Position numbers and translations under genes: made by a program. DNA of 63,294 nt, the filler included. It is 8 parts of 8 records of this genome, joined end to end, with 100 filler letters (N's around TTAATTAATTAA, not from the genome) between each part and the next. Parts side by side here need not be neighbours in the genome. Positions count along the whole stretch, not along the records: positions 16,041 to 26,112 come from SRR31147125_66642; positions 26,213 to 32,963 come from SRR31147125_66645; positions 33,064 to 38,734 come from SRR31147125_66688; 5 more parts are not named here. One strand, given 5' to 3'. Every line of letters begins with the position of its first letter. Positions within the stretch are counted from its first letter, which is position 1. The notes beneath the pieces are model-generated. The model saw only the letters and a list, made by a program, of their open reading frames with translations, did not search any database and had not been told where the DNA came from. Positions 22,861 to 34,118 of this stretch are shown here, one piece after another.

Positions 22861-23345
22861 CTCCCTTTTACTTTATCAAGTTGTTTAGAGAAACATTTCA
22901 AATGATTTTTAAATTAGAGATAATCGAACTTTATGGCATTACATTTAATATTTCAATTTTAAAATACAGGATTGGTATAATCAAAAATGAGTGGGGTACG
23001 GCTCGACGGAGTTTATTAAAACTTTCTGTCGATAAATCTGTGTATACTAATATGATACACAGACAACAAGCAAAAGTCAAGTTTAATCCTATCCGCCAGG
23101 TGTAAAAATCAAAATATTTTAATATTTATTCAATAGATACGGGATGACGAATAACAGGTAACGGATACAGGTACCGGATCACGCATCCCGCCAGCATGTC
23201 ATTCACAGAAAGTGGTTTCCATAGAGGGATATTTTCATTTTTTTGTAAATCATTCAAAATGGAGTATGTTTGAAGGTTTTGGCAAGAGGCAGTGAGAGGA
23301 CATACCGGGCACAAAACGTGCCCGGCATATTTTATATAGCGAGTA

Positions 23346-25871
23346 TTACTTTTTAAAGAACAGATTCTTAGCCAGCTCTGTTTTTTCGCCGCCTGGTGTT
23401 TTAAAATGGGCGTTGAGTCCTTGTCCGCCGGCACCCTGGAAAAAGGTAATCTTGATCGGGAACAGGCCGGGTTTCAATGCGACCTGGCCGCTTTTTTCTT
23501 CGAGGCCGTGGGTAAAGTCATTGTTGACCACCTCCCGGGAACCGATATAGAGCTTACTGCCGTCATCGGACGTGGTATAAAAAGTATAAATGCCCTCTTT
23601 TTCAGCTTTAAAATAGCCTTCAAAAACGAGTCCGAATTTATCCTCTCTTTTTGCTATTTCCAGATCAACTTTTTGAGAGACGCGGCTATCCACGGCTTTG
23701 AGTTTGTCAAAGTCCGGCAGTTCCAGCCATTTTGATTGCTCTGTTTCATAGTATTTGACAAACACGCCTTTTTTGACATCCTTTACATTTTCCGGATTTT
23801 TTGGCGTGACTTTTTCAAAATAATAATCGTTGACCGCGCTGGTAATTCCATTGCGGAAAAATGAGCGGGCTTTGACGGTCACGGATTTTGTAATTTCGAA
23901 TGGTTTTTCATAAAGTCTTGACTGCAGATTCGGTTCTGAACCGTCCAGGGTATAGCGAATGTCTGCTTCGGGGCGGGCAGACTTGCACTCAACCATCAAT
24001 GATTGCAGGAAAATATCAGCATTGGCGAGAATGACCGGGGGCAAATATCCCTGGTTAATAGCAGAGATATTTTTGGGATCCATTTTGATGACAGCCCGGT
24101 CATAGGTAAGCAAGCCATTGACTTCAATTTCTACATCCGTGGTTTGAGTATAAACTGCGGCAGATAGTCCTTTTTCTTTCAGTATTTCCAACCTGGTCAT
24201 CAATTTCAGATAAGCTTCAGTGAGGGCTTGAGAATCTTTATAGTTTCGATAGCCCCAATTGTCTTTATCCTTCCAGGTATGGTTTTCCACGGGCAAGCCA
24301 AGGCCGCCGAACTCGCCCAGGACAACCGCTCTTTTTTCTTCGAGCTCCGGCATATCCGGCCCGGGATAAGAGTGCATATCATTGACATCTCCGACCATTC
24401 TGTCTGTCCAGCCACTGGCGTGATTAACCAGCCTGGTCGGATCCCAGGCACGGATTAATTCAACAATGCGAGGTGTGTCCCATTGTCCCCAGCCCTCATT
24501 ATAAGGCACCCACATAACGATACTGGGATGATTGTAAAAACCATCAATCATGCGTTTGAGTTCATACTCGAATTGTTTCGCAGACTCTTCGGTTCGTTCA
24601 ATATCCGGATTTTGCCGGCCGATATATTTTTCACCACTGGGCATATCCTGCCAGACCAGCAGTCCAAGTTTGTCGCACCAATAGTACCAGCGGGCAGGTT
24701 CAACTTTGACATGTTTACGGGCCATGTTAAAACCAAGCTCTTTGGTTATTTCAACGTCATATTTCAGAGCTTCGTCTGACGGGGCGGTGTACAAGCCGTC
24801 CGGCCACCAGCCCTGGTCAAGAGGTCCGACCTGAAAAACAAACTCGTTGTTTAGCATTATGCGGGCAATGCCTTTGTCGTCTTTACCCAAAGCAATTTTG
24901 CGCATACCAAAATAACTGTTTATTTTGTCCACCTGCGCCGATTCTGCATCCAGCAGCTCAATGTCAAGATCGTAAAGAAAAGGCGATTCCGGCGTCCAAA
25001 GCTTCGGTTGGGCAATGAAGATGGAAATGGAATTGTTGACCGGTGCTGTAAAATGGCCTTCTTCTTTACCAGAGCCTTTGACAGTCACTTTAACACGATA
25101 ACTATCATCCACGCCATTGCATTCGGGCGTGATATAAACATAGTTTTCATCAATGTCGGTGACAACTTTGAATGCTTTAATATAAGCTTTGCTGACTGGT
25201 TCCAGCCAAACTGTTTGCCAAATTCCGGTCACAGGCGTGTACCAGATACCACCTGGTTCGGCAACCTGTTTTCCTCTCGGCTGATAACCGGCATCGGTCG
25301 GGTCCCATACAGAGACAACCAGTTCCTGTGAACCGGATTTTTTGAGAGCGTTTGTGATGTCAAAAGAAAAAGCATCATAACCGCCTTTGTGGGAACCGAT
25401 CTGTTTTCCATTAACCCAGACGGTTGTGTGCCAGTCCACAGCACCAAAGTTTAACAGAATATTCTGACCTTTCCAATCTTTGGGCAGAATAAATTCCCGT
25501 TTATACCACAGCGTATTGTTTGCCCCCACGGTTTTGCCCACACCGGACAGTGCCGATTCCACGGGAAAAGGCACGAGAATTTCACCATCAAAAGTTTTTG
25601 GGGATTTGTTTGATTTGGGTAAAATAGCATATTGCCAAAGTCCGTTCAAGTTCAACCATTGTTCACGAACCATTTGGGGTCGCGGGTATTCCTTGTGCAC
25701 CGTGTTTGGATCGATTGTTTTGGCCCACCTGGTCATCAACGGTCCTGGTGCGGGTTTCCAATCGGCTGCCATAGTTGTGTTTCCCAGCGCATTCAGTACA
25801 AGCATTGTCATGAGTAGCACCCATCCTTTTTTAAAACGGTAACAGATTAAAAAATTAGACATTTGTTTCAT
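23346..25871 (-). CDS. Glycoside hydrolase family 2 with FN3-associated and PA14 domains
   Basis: Signal peptide, LNFGAVDW, LDQGWWPDG, YNEGWG and GEFGG catalytic Glu contexts, YTLDGSEP, SDDGS. Confidence 0.9.
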   Translation of the reverse strand: MKQMSNFLICYRFKKGWVLLMTMLVLNALGNTTMAADWKPAPGPLMTRWAKTIDPNTVHKEYPRPQMVREQWLNLNGLWQYAILPKSNKSPKTFDGEILVPFPVESALSGVGKTVGANNTLWYKREFILPKDWKGQNILLNFGAVDWHTTVWVNGKQIGSHKGGYDAFSFDITNALKKSGSQELVVSVWDPTDAGYQPRGKQVAEPGGIWYTPVTGIWQTVWLEPVSKAYIKAFKVVTDIDENYVYITPECNGVDDSYRVKVTVKGSGKEEGHFTAPVNNSISIFIAQPKLWTPESPFLYDLDIELLDAESAQVDKINSYFGMRKIALGKDDKGIARIMLNNEFVFQVGPLDQGWWPDGLYTAPSDEALKYDVEITKELGFNMARKHVKVEPARWYYWCDKLGLLVWQDMPSGEKYIGRQNPDIERTEESAKQFEYELKRMIDGFYNHPSIVMWVPYNEGWGQWDTPRIVELIRAWDPTRLVNHASGWTDRMVGDVNDMHSYPGPDMPELEEKRAVVLGEFGGLGLPVENHTWKDKDNWGYRNYKDSQALTEAYLKLMTRLEILKEKGLSAAVYTQTTDVEIEVNGLLTYDRAVIKMDPKNISAINQGYLPPVILANADIFLQSLMVECKSARPEADIRYTLDGSEPNLQSRLYEKPFEITKSVTVKARSFFRNGITSAVNDYYFEKVTPKNPENVKDVKKGVFVKYYETEQSKWLELPDFDKLKAVDSRVSQKVDLEIAKREDKFGLVFEGYFKAEKEGIYTFYTTSDDGSKLYIGSREVVNNDFTHGLEEKSGQVALKPGLFPIKITFFQGAGGQGLNAHFKTPGGEKTELAKNLFFKK

Positions 25872-26112
25872 TTTACGTTATCCTTTCAGACGAATAGATA
25901 TTTTTTCTATAACATTTAATGCGAAATTATCCTATGACATAACCGGATCAATCAGAATTACAGATAAATTAATGAACATGAAAAAATATGACTCATTTAG
26001 CTACAAGCATTCGGTCGGTTCATTATCTATCCAAAAAGCAAACAATTTATGCTGACGAAAACGAAACAGGTAATATTAATTTAACGCTTGAACGGTTTGC
26101 ACAGTAATTTTA

Positions 26113-26212
26113 NNNNNNNNNNNNNNNNNNNNNNNNNNNNNNNNNNNNNNNNNNNNTTAATTAATTAANNNNNNNNNNNNNNNNNNNNNNNNNNNNNNNN
26201 NNNNNNNNNNNN
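26113..26212. other. Artificial contig linker
   Basis: N44-TTAATTAATTAA-N44. Confidence 0.99.
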
Positions 26213-26214
26213 AA

Positions 26215-28425
26215 AACGGTCGAGCTCAAGTTTCGTATGATGTATCAGCTGGTTTCTCACAGGTAGCTAACACCCTGGATGTTCTATCTCCAGACCAATA
26301 TCGCCAAACGGTTACTGATTTGTTTGGAGCAAGTACCCTTGATGATAAAGGGGCGAACACAGACTGGCAGGAAGAGATTTATCGCACAGCTTACCAACAA
26401 AATCATTATTTATCAGTATCAGGAGGTAACGATAATACCAGCTATCGCGCATCTTTGGGATATGGAACTCAGGATGGGGTTATGCTTTCATCAAGCATCG
26501 AGCAGGAAAACATGCGTGTTAATATTAACCACAAGGCTTTGGATGGAAAGTTATCATTTGATCTTCGCATGAACTATGGTCAAAATATGGCTGATCAATC
26601 TGCAATTTCAAATACTGTTGGTAGTGAGTTTGGATCAAGTTTGAACTATGAAGCCTACGTATATAATCCAACTTACCCAATTTATAATGATGAAGGCAAT
26701 TTTTATCATATTCCTCCATTCCGTGTCAATCCTGTTTCATATTCATCTGAAGTAACAGATGAACGTGAGAATACACGCTTCTTGGGTAATTTCTCTACAA
26801 CGTATAAAATTATTGAGCCTTTAAGTGTAAAAGTAAACTTGGGTTATAACAAACAAACAATCGATCGGAACTCATATATCAGTAAATTGAACCCTCAGGG
26901 AGAAGGTCAAGGTGGATACGCAAGTGTGCAAAAACTGCAGGATTATTCTAAGTTGATCGAGACTATTTTAACATTCGATAAAACGTTTGGTAAACACACA
27001 ATTAATGCAGTTGTAGGTTATTCTTACCAATATTTTAAAAATGAAGGATTAAGAAATACAGCTTCGGGCTTTTTATCTGATGAATTCAAATGGTATAGTT
27101 TGCAAGCTGCAAGTACGATTGAAAGTGTGACAAGTTATTTGGAAAGCAACAAACTGATCTCTGAGTATGGTCGTCTGAACTATAATTTCGATAACCGCTT
27201 TTTAATTACAGCAACTGTTCGTCGCGATGGTTCTAGCCGTTTTGGATCTGGAAATAAATGGGGACTTTTCCCTTCAGGGGCAGCATCATGGAGAATTTCT
27301 CAGGAAGAATTCTTTAACAGTGGGACTATTTCAGATTTGAAACTTCGTGCCAGCTATGGTGTTACCGGTAATCAGGAGATTGGTAGTTACAGGTCAATTT
27401 CTACATTGGGTGCCAGCTCTTCAGGATATCTTATTGGTGGAAACCGAATTACAATTGTGTTGCCACAGCAATATGCAAACCCAGACCTAAAATGGGAGGA
27501 AACTTCTCAGTTAGACATTGGTTTGAACTTTGGTTTCTTTAATCAACGCATTTTTGGTAGCATCGATTATTACCGAAAGAAAACGTCAGATCTTTTGTAT
27601 GATATTCCTGTTCCTTCTCCTTCTCCTATCCGTACCCAATTGGCTAATGTGGGTAGTGTTGAAAACAAAGGGGTAGAATTTGAATTGACAGCAAAAGTTG
27701 TAGACAGGACTGACTTTTCCTGGAATGCCAATTTTAATATCAGTGCAAACAGAAATAAAATCCTAAGCCTTTCTAACGATAAATGGCAGGGAGATGATAT
27801 GCAAACTGCACCTGCACAGGGACAAGGACTTTCGGGGACTTACACCCAGCTTATTACACCGGGAGAACCTTTGGGTACTTTCTATGGGAAAGTTTATACA
27901 GGAACAGTTGATGGTGTGGAGCAATTCGAAGAAGAAAATCAGGTAATTGGAAATGCACAGCCTGATTTTACGTTTGGTTTGTCTAATACATTCACATACC
28001 GGAACTGGGATTTATCCATTAATTTCCGAGGTTCGGTTGGAAACGATGTGTACAATGCTACTGCGAACAACCTTGCATATCTTGGGAACTTACCCGGTAG
28101 AAATGTTCTAACTGAATCTCTTTCTAATGGGATAGATGAAGATCAACCTAAAATATTTTCATCCAGATGGATTGAAGATGGTTCATTTGTACGTCTAGAT
28201 AATTTAACACTTGGCTACAACTTTGATATCAGAAATACTTTCTTGTCGAATGCAAGGGTATATCTTACCGGACAAAACCTCTTACTTATTACTGGTTACA
28301 AAGGACTTGATCCAGAAGTGAACTCAGATGTTTCCGGAGGTTCAGGCGTTCTTCCACTGGGAATTGACTACCTGGCCTATCCGAAAGCTAGAACCATTAG
28401 CATTGGAGCAAATATTACTTTCTAA
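26215..28425 (+). CDS. susC: SusC/RagA TonB-dependent transporter, 5'-truncated
   Basis: RRDGSSRFG, LKLRASYG, NPDLKWE, C-terminal Phe. Confidence 0.93.
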   Translation, partial: NGRAQVSYDVSAGFSQVANTLDVLSPDQYRQTVTDLFGASTLDDKGANTDWQEEIYRTAYQQNHYLSVSGGNDNTSYRASLGYGTQDGVMLSSSIEQENMRVNINHKALDGKLSFDLRMNYGQNMADQSAISNTVGSEFGSSLNYEAYVYNPTYPIYNDEGNFYHIPPFRVNPVSYSSEVTDERENTRFLGNFSTTYKIIEPLSVKVNLGYNKQTIDRNSYISKLNPQGEGQGGYASVQKLQDYSKLIETILTFDKTFGKHTINAVVGYSYQYFKNEGLRNTASGFLSDEFKWYSLQAASTIESVTSYLESNKLISEYGRLNYNFDNRFLITATVRRDGSSRFGSGNKWGLFPSGAASWRISQEEFFNSGTISDLKLRASYGVTGNQEIGSYRSISTLGASSSGYLIGGNRITIVLPQQYANPDLKWEETSQLDIGLNFGFFNQRIFGSIDYYRKKTSDLLYDIPVPSPSPIRTQLANVGSVENKGVEFELTAKVVDRTDFSWNANFNISANRNKILSLSNDKWQGDDMQTAPAQGQGLSGTYTQLITPGEPLGTFYGKVYTGTVDGVEQFEEENQVIGNAQPDFTFGLSNTFTYRNWDLSINFRGSVGNDVYNATANNLAYLGNLPGRNVLTESLSNGIDEDQPKIFSSRWIEDGSFVRLDNLTLGYNFDIRNTFLSNARVYLTGQNLLLITGYKGLDPEVNSDVSGGSGVLPLGIDYLAYPKARTISIGANITF

Positions 28426-28456
28426 AAGCTGATAGAACGAATAAAATTAGAACGAT

Positions 28457-29974
28457 ATGAAAAATAAAATATATAAAATTAAAATATTAGTACTTCTGAG
28501 CATTGTATTAGCAGCTTGTACGAACTTGGATGAGGAGTTTTACGGCAGGTTGTCGCCTGATAACTATTACAATACAGAAGAGGAAGCATTGTCTTCAGTA
28601 GTTGGTGTTTATCAGAAATTCTCAAGTTTTGCCAACATTGGTGATGTCTTTCGTCCACAGGAATTCGGAACTGATGAGTTTTTTGTTCCCGGGAGAACAA
28701 GTGGAGGATGGTTTAGTCAGGATAATATTGACATTACTCGTCATGAGACAAAGGCTAATAATGGAACAATCCTTAGAGCATGGAACTATGTATTTCCTAT
28801 GATTGGAACAGCCAATGCAGTTATTGAAAGTTTGGAATCATCTCCAAGTGCCGAAAACTTTAAAGGACTTATTGCAGAAACAAAGGCGATGCGTGCTTAT
28901 GGTTATTTTTATGCCATGGATTTTTGGGGCAACATTCCAATTTTTACCGATGCAAGGGTTGATCCCAATAACTTACCTGCAACCAATTCACGAACTGAAG
29001 TTTATGATTTTGTTGTTACTGAAATGTTGGCTGCCGCTAATGATCTTCCATCTGTAAATGAGGTTGACAGGGCTAGTTACTATCCGCGTCTTACCAAAGA
29101 GGCAGTTTACTCTGCTTTAGCTATGATTTATTTAAATGCTGAAGTGTATACAGGAACTGCACAATGGAGTAGTGCGATTGACATGTGCGACAGGGTTATA
29201 AATACAGGGGCTTTTGGTTTAGAGGCTAGCGTTGGGGATATTTTCCTTTCAACCAATGAAAATAATAATGAGGTAATCCTAGCATTTTCGATGGACCCAA
29301 CAAAGAATGCAGGAAACAATCAATATATTCTTTACACCAATCATGCATTGGATAAATTGAGGTACAACTTGCCATTTTCACCTGCTGATGGCTATAGCAC
29401 AGATACAGTGGCATTAAACAGATATGAGGATATCGATGAGCGTAAAAGTTTGATTCAGTATGGTCCTCAATATTATTTAGATGGAACAACCCCATTAGCA
29501 GACGCAGATGGTAACCAATTGGTTTTGATCCAACTTACCAGCATTACAGCAGCAGAAGATCATGAGGGTTTTAAAGTAATGAAATACTCTCCTGTTGGGG
29601 CTAAGTGGTCTGGTTTTAATGCAGATAATGACCTTGTTCTAATGCGTTATGCCGATATTATTTTAATGAAGGCTGAAGCCTTATTTAGAACAGGAAATAG
29701 TGGAGACGCATTAAATCTTGTTAACCAGATTAGAGAAAGAAGCAATGCAACTCCTTATTCCGACTTAACTCTGAAAAAGATTGAGAATGAGAGGGCAAGG
29801 GAGTTTCTTTGGGAAGGTTACCGAAGAAGGGATATGATCCGTTTTGGAAGTTATTTCAATGAAACCTGGAGTTTCAAAGAAAACACAACTCCTGAATGGA
29901 GAGGTATTTATCCGATACCAGCTATTCAGGTAAGTAATAATCCAAATTTGATTCAAAATCCTGGATATGAATAG
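28457..29974 (+). CDS. susD: SusD/RagB lipoprotein
   Basis: LAAC lipobox, RYADIILMKAEA, ERAREFLWEG.R, QNPGY. Confidence 0.93.
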   Translation: MKNKIYKIKILVLLSIVLAACTNLDEEFYGRLSPDNYYNTEEEALSSVVGVYQKFSSFANIGDVFRPQEFGTDEFFVPGRTSGGWFSQDNIDITRHETKANNGTILRAWNYVFPMIGTANAVIESLESSPSAENFKGLIAETKAMRAYGYFYAMDFWGNIPIFTDARVDPNNLPATNSRTEVYDFVVTEMLAAANDLPSVNEVDRASYYPRLTKEAVYSALAMIYLNAEVYTGTAQWSSAIDMCDRVINTGAFGLEASVGDIFLSTNENNNEVILAFSMDPTKNAGNNQYILYTNHALDKLRYNLPFSPADGYSTDTVALNRYEDIDERKSLIQYGPQYYLDGTTPLADADGNQLVLIQLTSITAAEDHEGFKVMKYSPVGAKWSGFNADNDLVLMRYADIILMKAEALFRTGNSGDALNLVNQIRERSNATPYSDLTLKKIENERAREFLWEGYRRRDMIRFGSYFNETWSFKENTTPEWRGIYPIPAIQVSNNPNLIQNPGYE

Positions 29975-29994
29975 TCGGTTTTTTTGTAAATATT

Positions 29995-30029
29995 AAACGG
30001 GTTCTCCGAAATGGGGAACCCGTTTTTTT
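29995..30029 (+). terminator. Rho-independent terminator
   Basis: AAACGGGTTCTCC-GAAAT-GGGGAACCCGTTTTTTT. Confidence 0.85.
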
Positions 30030-30305
30030 AAACTTCAAAATAATGCTTCTAAAATGAACAAGACATTTTTTCTTAAATTGCACCGATTTTGCATGATGAC
30101 GTGCTAATCCTTTTGTACAGCCTCTTTTGTATTTGTGTTTATTTGAAAGTATTGATATTGGTGATACCAATGTCATTTCAGGAATTAGGCATCCTAAAAT
30201 ACTTTAACATTATTTCTGTTGTGGATTTGTTGAGTCTTGCGGGAAAAGTTATATGAATAGCTTTCCAATTCTCTTATCTTTGTCAGCTCGAAAAAAGGAT
30301 AAGAT

Positions 30306-31262
30306 ATGCAAAATAGAATTACAAGTTTGTTTGGAATTAAATATCCAATTGTTTCAGGAGGAATGGTTTGGTGCAGTGGGTGGAAACTAGCTTCAGCAGT
30401 GAGCAATAATGGCGGACTCGGTTTAATTGGAGCGGGTTCAATGCACCCTGAAACTTTACGAGAGCATATACAAAAAATTAAAAAAGCTACAGATAAACCT
30501 TATGGTGTAAATGTTCCTCTTTTATATCCTCAAATTGAAGATATAATGGAGATTATTGCGCAAGAAAAAGTGCCAATTGTTTTTACATCTGCAGGTAGTC
30601 CAAAAAAATGGACTTCGTGGTTGCAGCAAAAAGGAATTATGGTGGTGCATGTAATCGCAAGCTCTTATTTTGCTAAAAAATGTGAAGAGGCTGGCGTAGA
30701 GGCAATTGTTGCTGAGGGATTTGAAGCAGGAGGACATAATGGACGGGAAGAAACTACGACCATGTCACTTATTCCATCGGTTAGAAAAGCTACTAAACTA
30801 CCACTATTAGCTGCTGGTGGTATAGGTAGCGGGCAGGCTATGATAGCTGCAATGGCACTTGGCGCTGATGGTGTACAGATTGGATCACGTTTTGCAATTA
30901 CAAAGGAATCATCAGCACATGACGAGTTTAAAAAGTTAGTTACTGGACTTATCGAAGGTTCAACAAAACTGTCGCTAAAGAAACTTGCCCCGGTTCGTTT
31001 AATTAAGAATGAGTTTTTTAAGCAAGTTGATGAAGCTGAGATTCGAGGTGCTAGTATCGAAGAATTGAAAGAATTACTAGGCCGCGGTCGTGCTAAGAAA
31101 GGAATTTTTGAAGGCGATATGGTAGAAGGTGAACTCGAAATAGGACAAGTAGCTGCTCAGATTGATGATATTCCTACGGTTGAAGACGTGATGAGCCGGA
31201 TTGTAAAAGAATACCAACAAATCAAGTCAGAAATAGAGGGTGCTTCAAATTTTAACTTCTAA
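30306..31262 (+). CDS. Nitronate monooxygenase / FabK-like flavoprotein
   Basis: EGFEAGGH, AAGGI, GADGVQIG; Bacteroidota -7 box TATCTTTG at 30275-30282. Confidence 0.88.
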   Translation: MQNRITSLFGIKYPIVSGGMVWCSGWKLASAVSNNGGLGLIGAGSMHPETLREHIQKIKKATDKPYGVNVPLLYPQIEDIMEIIAQEKVPIVFTSAGSPKKWTSWLQQKGIMVVHVIASSYFAKKCEEAGVEAIVAEGFEAGGHNGREETTTMSLIPSVRKATKLPLLAAGGIGSGQAMIAAMALGADGVQIGSRFAITKESSAHDEFKKLVTGLIEGSTKLSLKKLAPVRLIKNEFFKQVDEAEIRGASIEELKELLGRGRAKKGIFEGDMVEGELEIGQVAAQIDDIPTVEDVMSRIVKEYQQIKSEIEGASNFNF

Positions 31263-31264
31263 GT

Positions 31265-32500
31265 ATGATTAATTTCTCTCGTCATCAACTGGCAAATGGC
31301 CTGCAAATTCTTGTTTGTCCCGATCGATCTACACCAATGGCAGCACTAAATATTTGTTACCGTGTTGGATCAAGAAATGAGCACCCTGACAGAACCGGTT
31401 TTGCCCACCTTTTTGAACATTTAATGTTTGGAGGTTCTGCTAATATTCCCGATTACGATTTGCCATTACAACAAGCTGGAGGTGAAAATAATGCTTATAC
31501 TACAAACGATCTTACCAATTATTACTTAACAGTTCCGAAAGAAAATATTGAGACTGGGTTTTGGTTGGAATCTGATCGTATGTTGGAACTTGACTTTTCT
31601 CAGAAAAGTTTGGATGTTCAGAAAAATGTGGTGATTGAAGAGTTTAAGCAGCGAAACTTGAATCAGCCATACGGTGATGTTTGGGCATTAATTCGTGAAT
31701 TAGCATATCAGGTTCATCCTTACCAATGGGCAACTATCGGAAAGGAAATTAGTCATATTGAAGAGGCATCTTTGAAAGAGGTGAAAGATTTTTTCTTTCG
31801 CTTTTATGCCCCAGATAATGCGGTTTTAATTGCGAGTGGTAATGTTGATGAAGACCAAATTCTTCAATTGGGTGAAAAATGGTTTGCAGATATTCCAAAT
31901 CGGAATGTCAATAAATTAATTTTGCCTGTAGAACCAGATCAAAAGGAATTTAAGGAAAAAACAGTTGAGCGAAATGTGCCGGATTCATTGTTGTATCTGG
32001 CTTTTCATATGCCTGCTAAATTGGATAGGGGCTATTATGTTTGTGATTTAATTTCTGATGTTTTGTCTAACGGTAATTCATCCAGAATGTACCAAAAGCT
32101 TGTTAAAGAAAAACGATTGTTTGTAGAGCTTGATGCATATATTTCAGGAGATCATGATCCTGGATTATTTTTGGTTTCGGGGAAACTATCCAAAGGTGTT
32201 TCAATTGAAAACGCAAAAAAGGCTGTATGGCATGAATTAAATGAAATTCAGCAAGAACTTGTTTCAGAAAATGAACTTCAGAAGGTGAAAAATAAATTGG
32301 AGGCAAATTTGGTTTATGGTCGAATGAATTATTTAAATGTTGCGCAGGATTTGGCTCATTTTGAAAATCTTCAAAAGGCAGAGTTAATAAATACTCAATT
32401 AGAAACTTACCGTTCAATTACAGCTGAAGAACTCAGAAAAACCGCACAAAATCTTTTCAGAATTGAGAATTGTTCACAACTGAATTATCTGGCTAAATGA
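31265..32500 (+). CDS. M16 family zinc peptidase (active subunit)
   Basis: HLFEH inverted zinc motif. Confidence 0.92.
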   Translation: MINFSRHQLANGLQILVCPDRSTPMAALNICYRVGSRNEHPDRTGFAHLFEHLMFGGSANIPDYDLPLQQAGGENNAYTTNDLTNYYLTVPKENIETGFWLESDRMLELDFSQKSLDVQKNVVIEEFKQRNLNQPYGDVWALIRELAYQVHPYQWATIGKEISHIEEASLKEVKDFFFRFYAPDNAVLIASGNVDEDQILQLGEKWFADIPNRNVNKLILPVEPDQKEFKEKTVERNVPDSLLYLAFHMPAKLDRGYYVCDLISDVLSNGNSSRMYQKLVKEKRLFVELDAYISGDHDPGLFLVSGKLSKGVSIENAKKAVWHELNEIQQELVSENELQKVKNKLEANLVYGRMNYLNVAQDLAHFENLQKAELINTQLETYRSITAEELRKTAQNLFRIENCSQLNYLAK

Positions 32501-32963
32501 CAATATTACGAAGCATACAACCCAAGTTGAAGATTACAGGAAAGCCTGCATTCAATCCCCCAAAATTTGTTAGCCTGGATAATGGGATACCTGTAAATTT
32601 ACTGGATTCAGGAACGGAGGAAGTAACCCGTATTGAGCTTGTTTTTGAGGCAGGAACATGGCATGAGAACTCTCAATTGCAAGCTGCCATAACAAATGCA
32701 ATGTTACAAGAGGGGAGTACTAACTTCAATTCCAGTGAGATTGCAGAAGTATTTGATTTTCATGGAGCATATATTCAATTGTATGCTGATTTTCATTTCG
32801 GGATGATTAGTATTATTGCATTAAATAAGCATTTACCTAAAATTCTCAAGGTTGTTGAGGATGTCATAAAATCTTCTCTTTTTCCTGAAAATGAATTTCA
32901 AACGCTTTTGCAACGTAGGAAACAGCGTTTCTTGCTTGAAAATGAGAAAGTAAAAGTTCTTAC
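32497..32963 (+). CDS. M16 peptidase partner subunit lacking HxxEH, 3'-truncated
   Basis: LDNGIPV, MLQEGS; ATGA overlap with the upstream gene. Confidence 0.85.
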
Positions 32964-33063
32964 NNNNNNNNNNNNNNNNNNNNNNNNNNNNNNNNNNNNN
33001 NNNNNNNTTAATTAATTAANNNNNNNNNNNNNNNNNNNNNNNNNNNNNNNNNNNNNNNNNNNN
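32964..33063. other. Artificial contig linker
   Basis: N44-TTAATTAATTAA-N44. Confidence 0.99.
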
Positions 33064-33218
33064 GGGCAAGTTATTAAAGACCGATTCCTAACTTATTTAT
33101 AACTTATTTAAACCCATTTCCTAAACAAACACGAAACAATCTAAGACAGCCCCCTTTCTTCACCTGTTTTAAGTGGGTTTGTTAACTTCTTTGAAGAAAG
33201 CTGAAGGATCGAATCATA

Positions 33219-34091
33219 ATGGTAATTTCAAATTTTAAAGAGAGAGTGGTGGTCTATGGAAGAATGATCAAATTCTCCCACACCATTTTTGCCCTCCCCT
33301 TTGCTTTGGCCGCCGTGGTGATGGCGTGGCGGGATCATGCCCCCCAAATCGGGGACCTGATATGGATTTTGCTGGCCATGGTGGGGGCAAGATCCGCTGC
33401 CATGGGATTTAATCGGATGGTGGATGCCGACATGGATTCCGCCAATCCCAGGACGGTCATCCGGGAGATTCCCGCCGGCCTTCTCAGCCAAAAGGATGCC
33501 GCTCTCTTTGTTGTCGGGTCATCGCTGCTCTTTGTCCTTTCGGCCGGAATGCTTGGGAAACTGTGCTTTATTCTCTCATTTCCCGTCTTATTCTTTCTTC
33601 TTTTTTATTCTCTCACAAAGCGCTTTACAAAATATTGCCATCTTTATCTCGGTGCCGCCATCTCCCTGGCACCCAGCGGCGCATGGATTGCCGTTACCGG
33701 ATCGCTGTCATGGTCGGTAATTTTTCTCACGTTGGCTCTTATGAGCTACATTGCCGGTTTCGATATTCTTTATGCGTGTCAGGACATTGACTTCGATAGA
33801 AGTCAGGGGCTCCACTCTCTTCCTTCCAAACTAGGTCCCATCCGCGCCATGATCGTCTCATCGCTGCTTCACCTCATGACGTTCATCTGTCTTGTCATCA
33901 TGCACTTTACTTTTGGCATGCATCCCATCTTTTTCCTGTTTTTATCTATCATCGGAATTTTGCTTGTGGCGGAACATAAGATTGTCTCTCCGGATAATCT
34001 GGAAAGAATCGATATGGCGTTTTTCAATATCAACAGCTGGATTTCGGTGTTACTTTTTGTGGGTGTACTTGTCAGTACACGACTCTCTTAA
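33219..34091 (+). CDS. mqnP: UbiA-family polyprenyltransferase (MqnP type, futalosine pathway)
   Basis: IKFSHTIFALPFA, NRMVDADMD..NPRT, FDILYACQD.DFD. Confidence 0.85.
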   Translation: MVISNFKERVVVYGRMIKFSHTIFALPFALAAVVMAWRDHAPQIGDLIWILLAMVGARSAAMGFNRMVDADMDSANPRTVIREIPAGLLSQKDAALFVVGSSLLFVLSAGMLGKLCFILSFPVLFFLLFYSLTKRFTKYCHLYLGAAISLAPSGAWIAVTGSLSWSVIFLTLALMSYIAGFDILYACQDIDFDRSQGLHSLPSKLGPIRAMIVSSLLHLMTFICLVIMHFTFGMHPIFFLFLSIIGILLVAEHKIVSPDNLERIDMAFFNINSWISVLLFVGVLVSTRLS

Positions 34092-34118
34092 TGATGAGAT
34101 ACTAAGCGTGAGTTTGCT

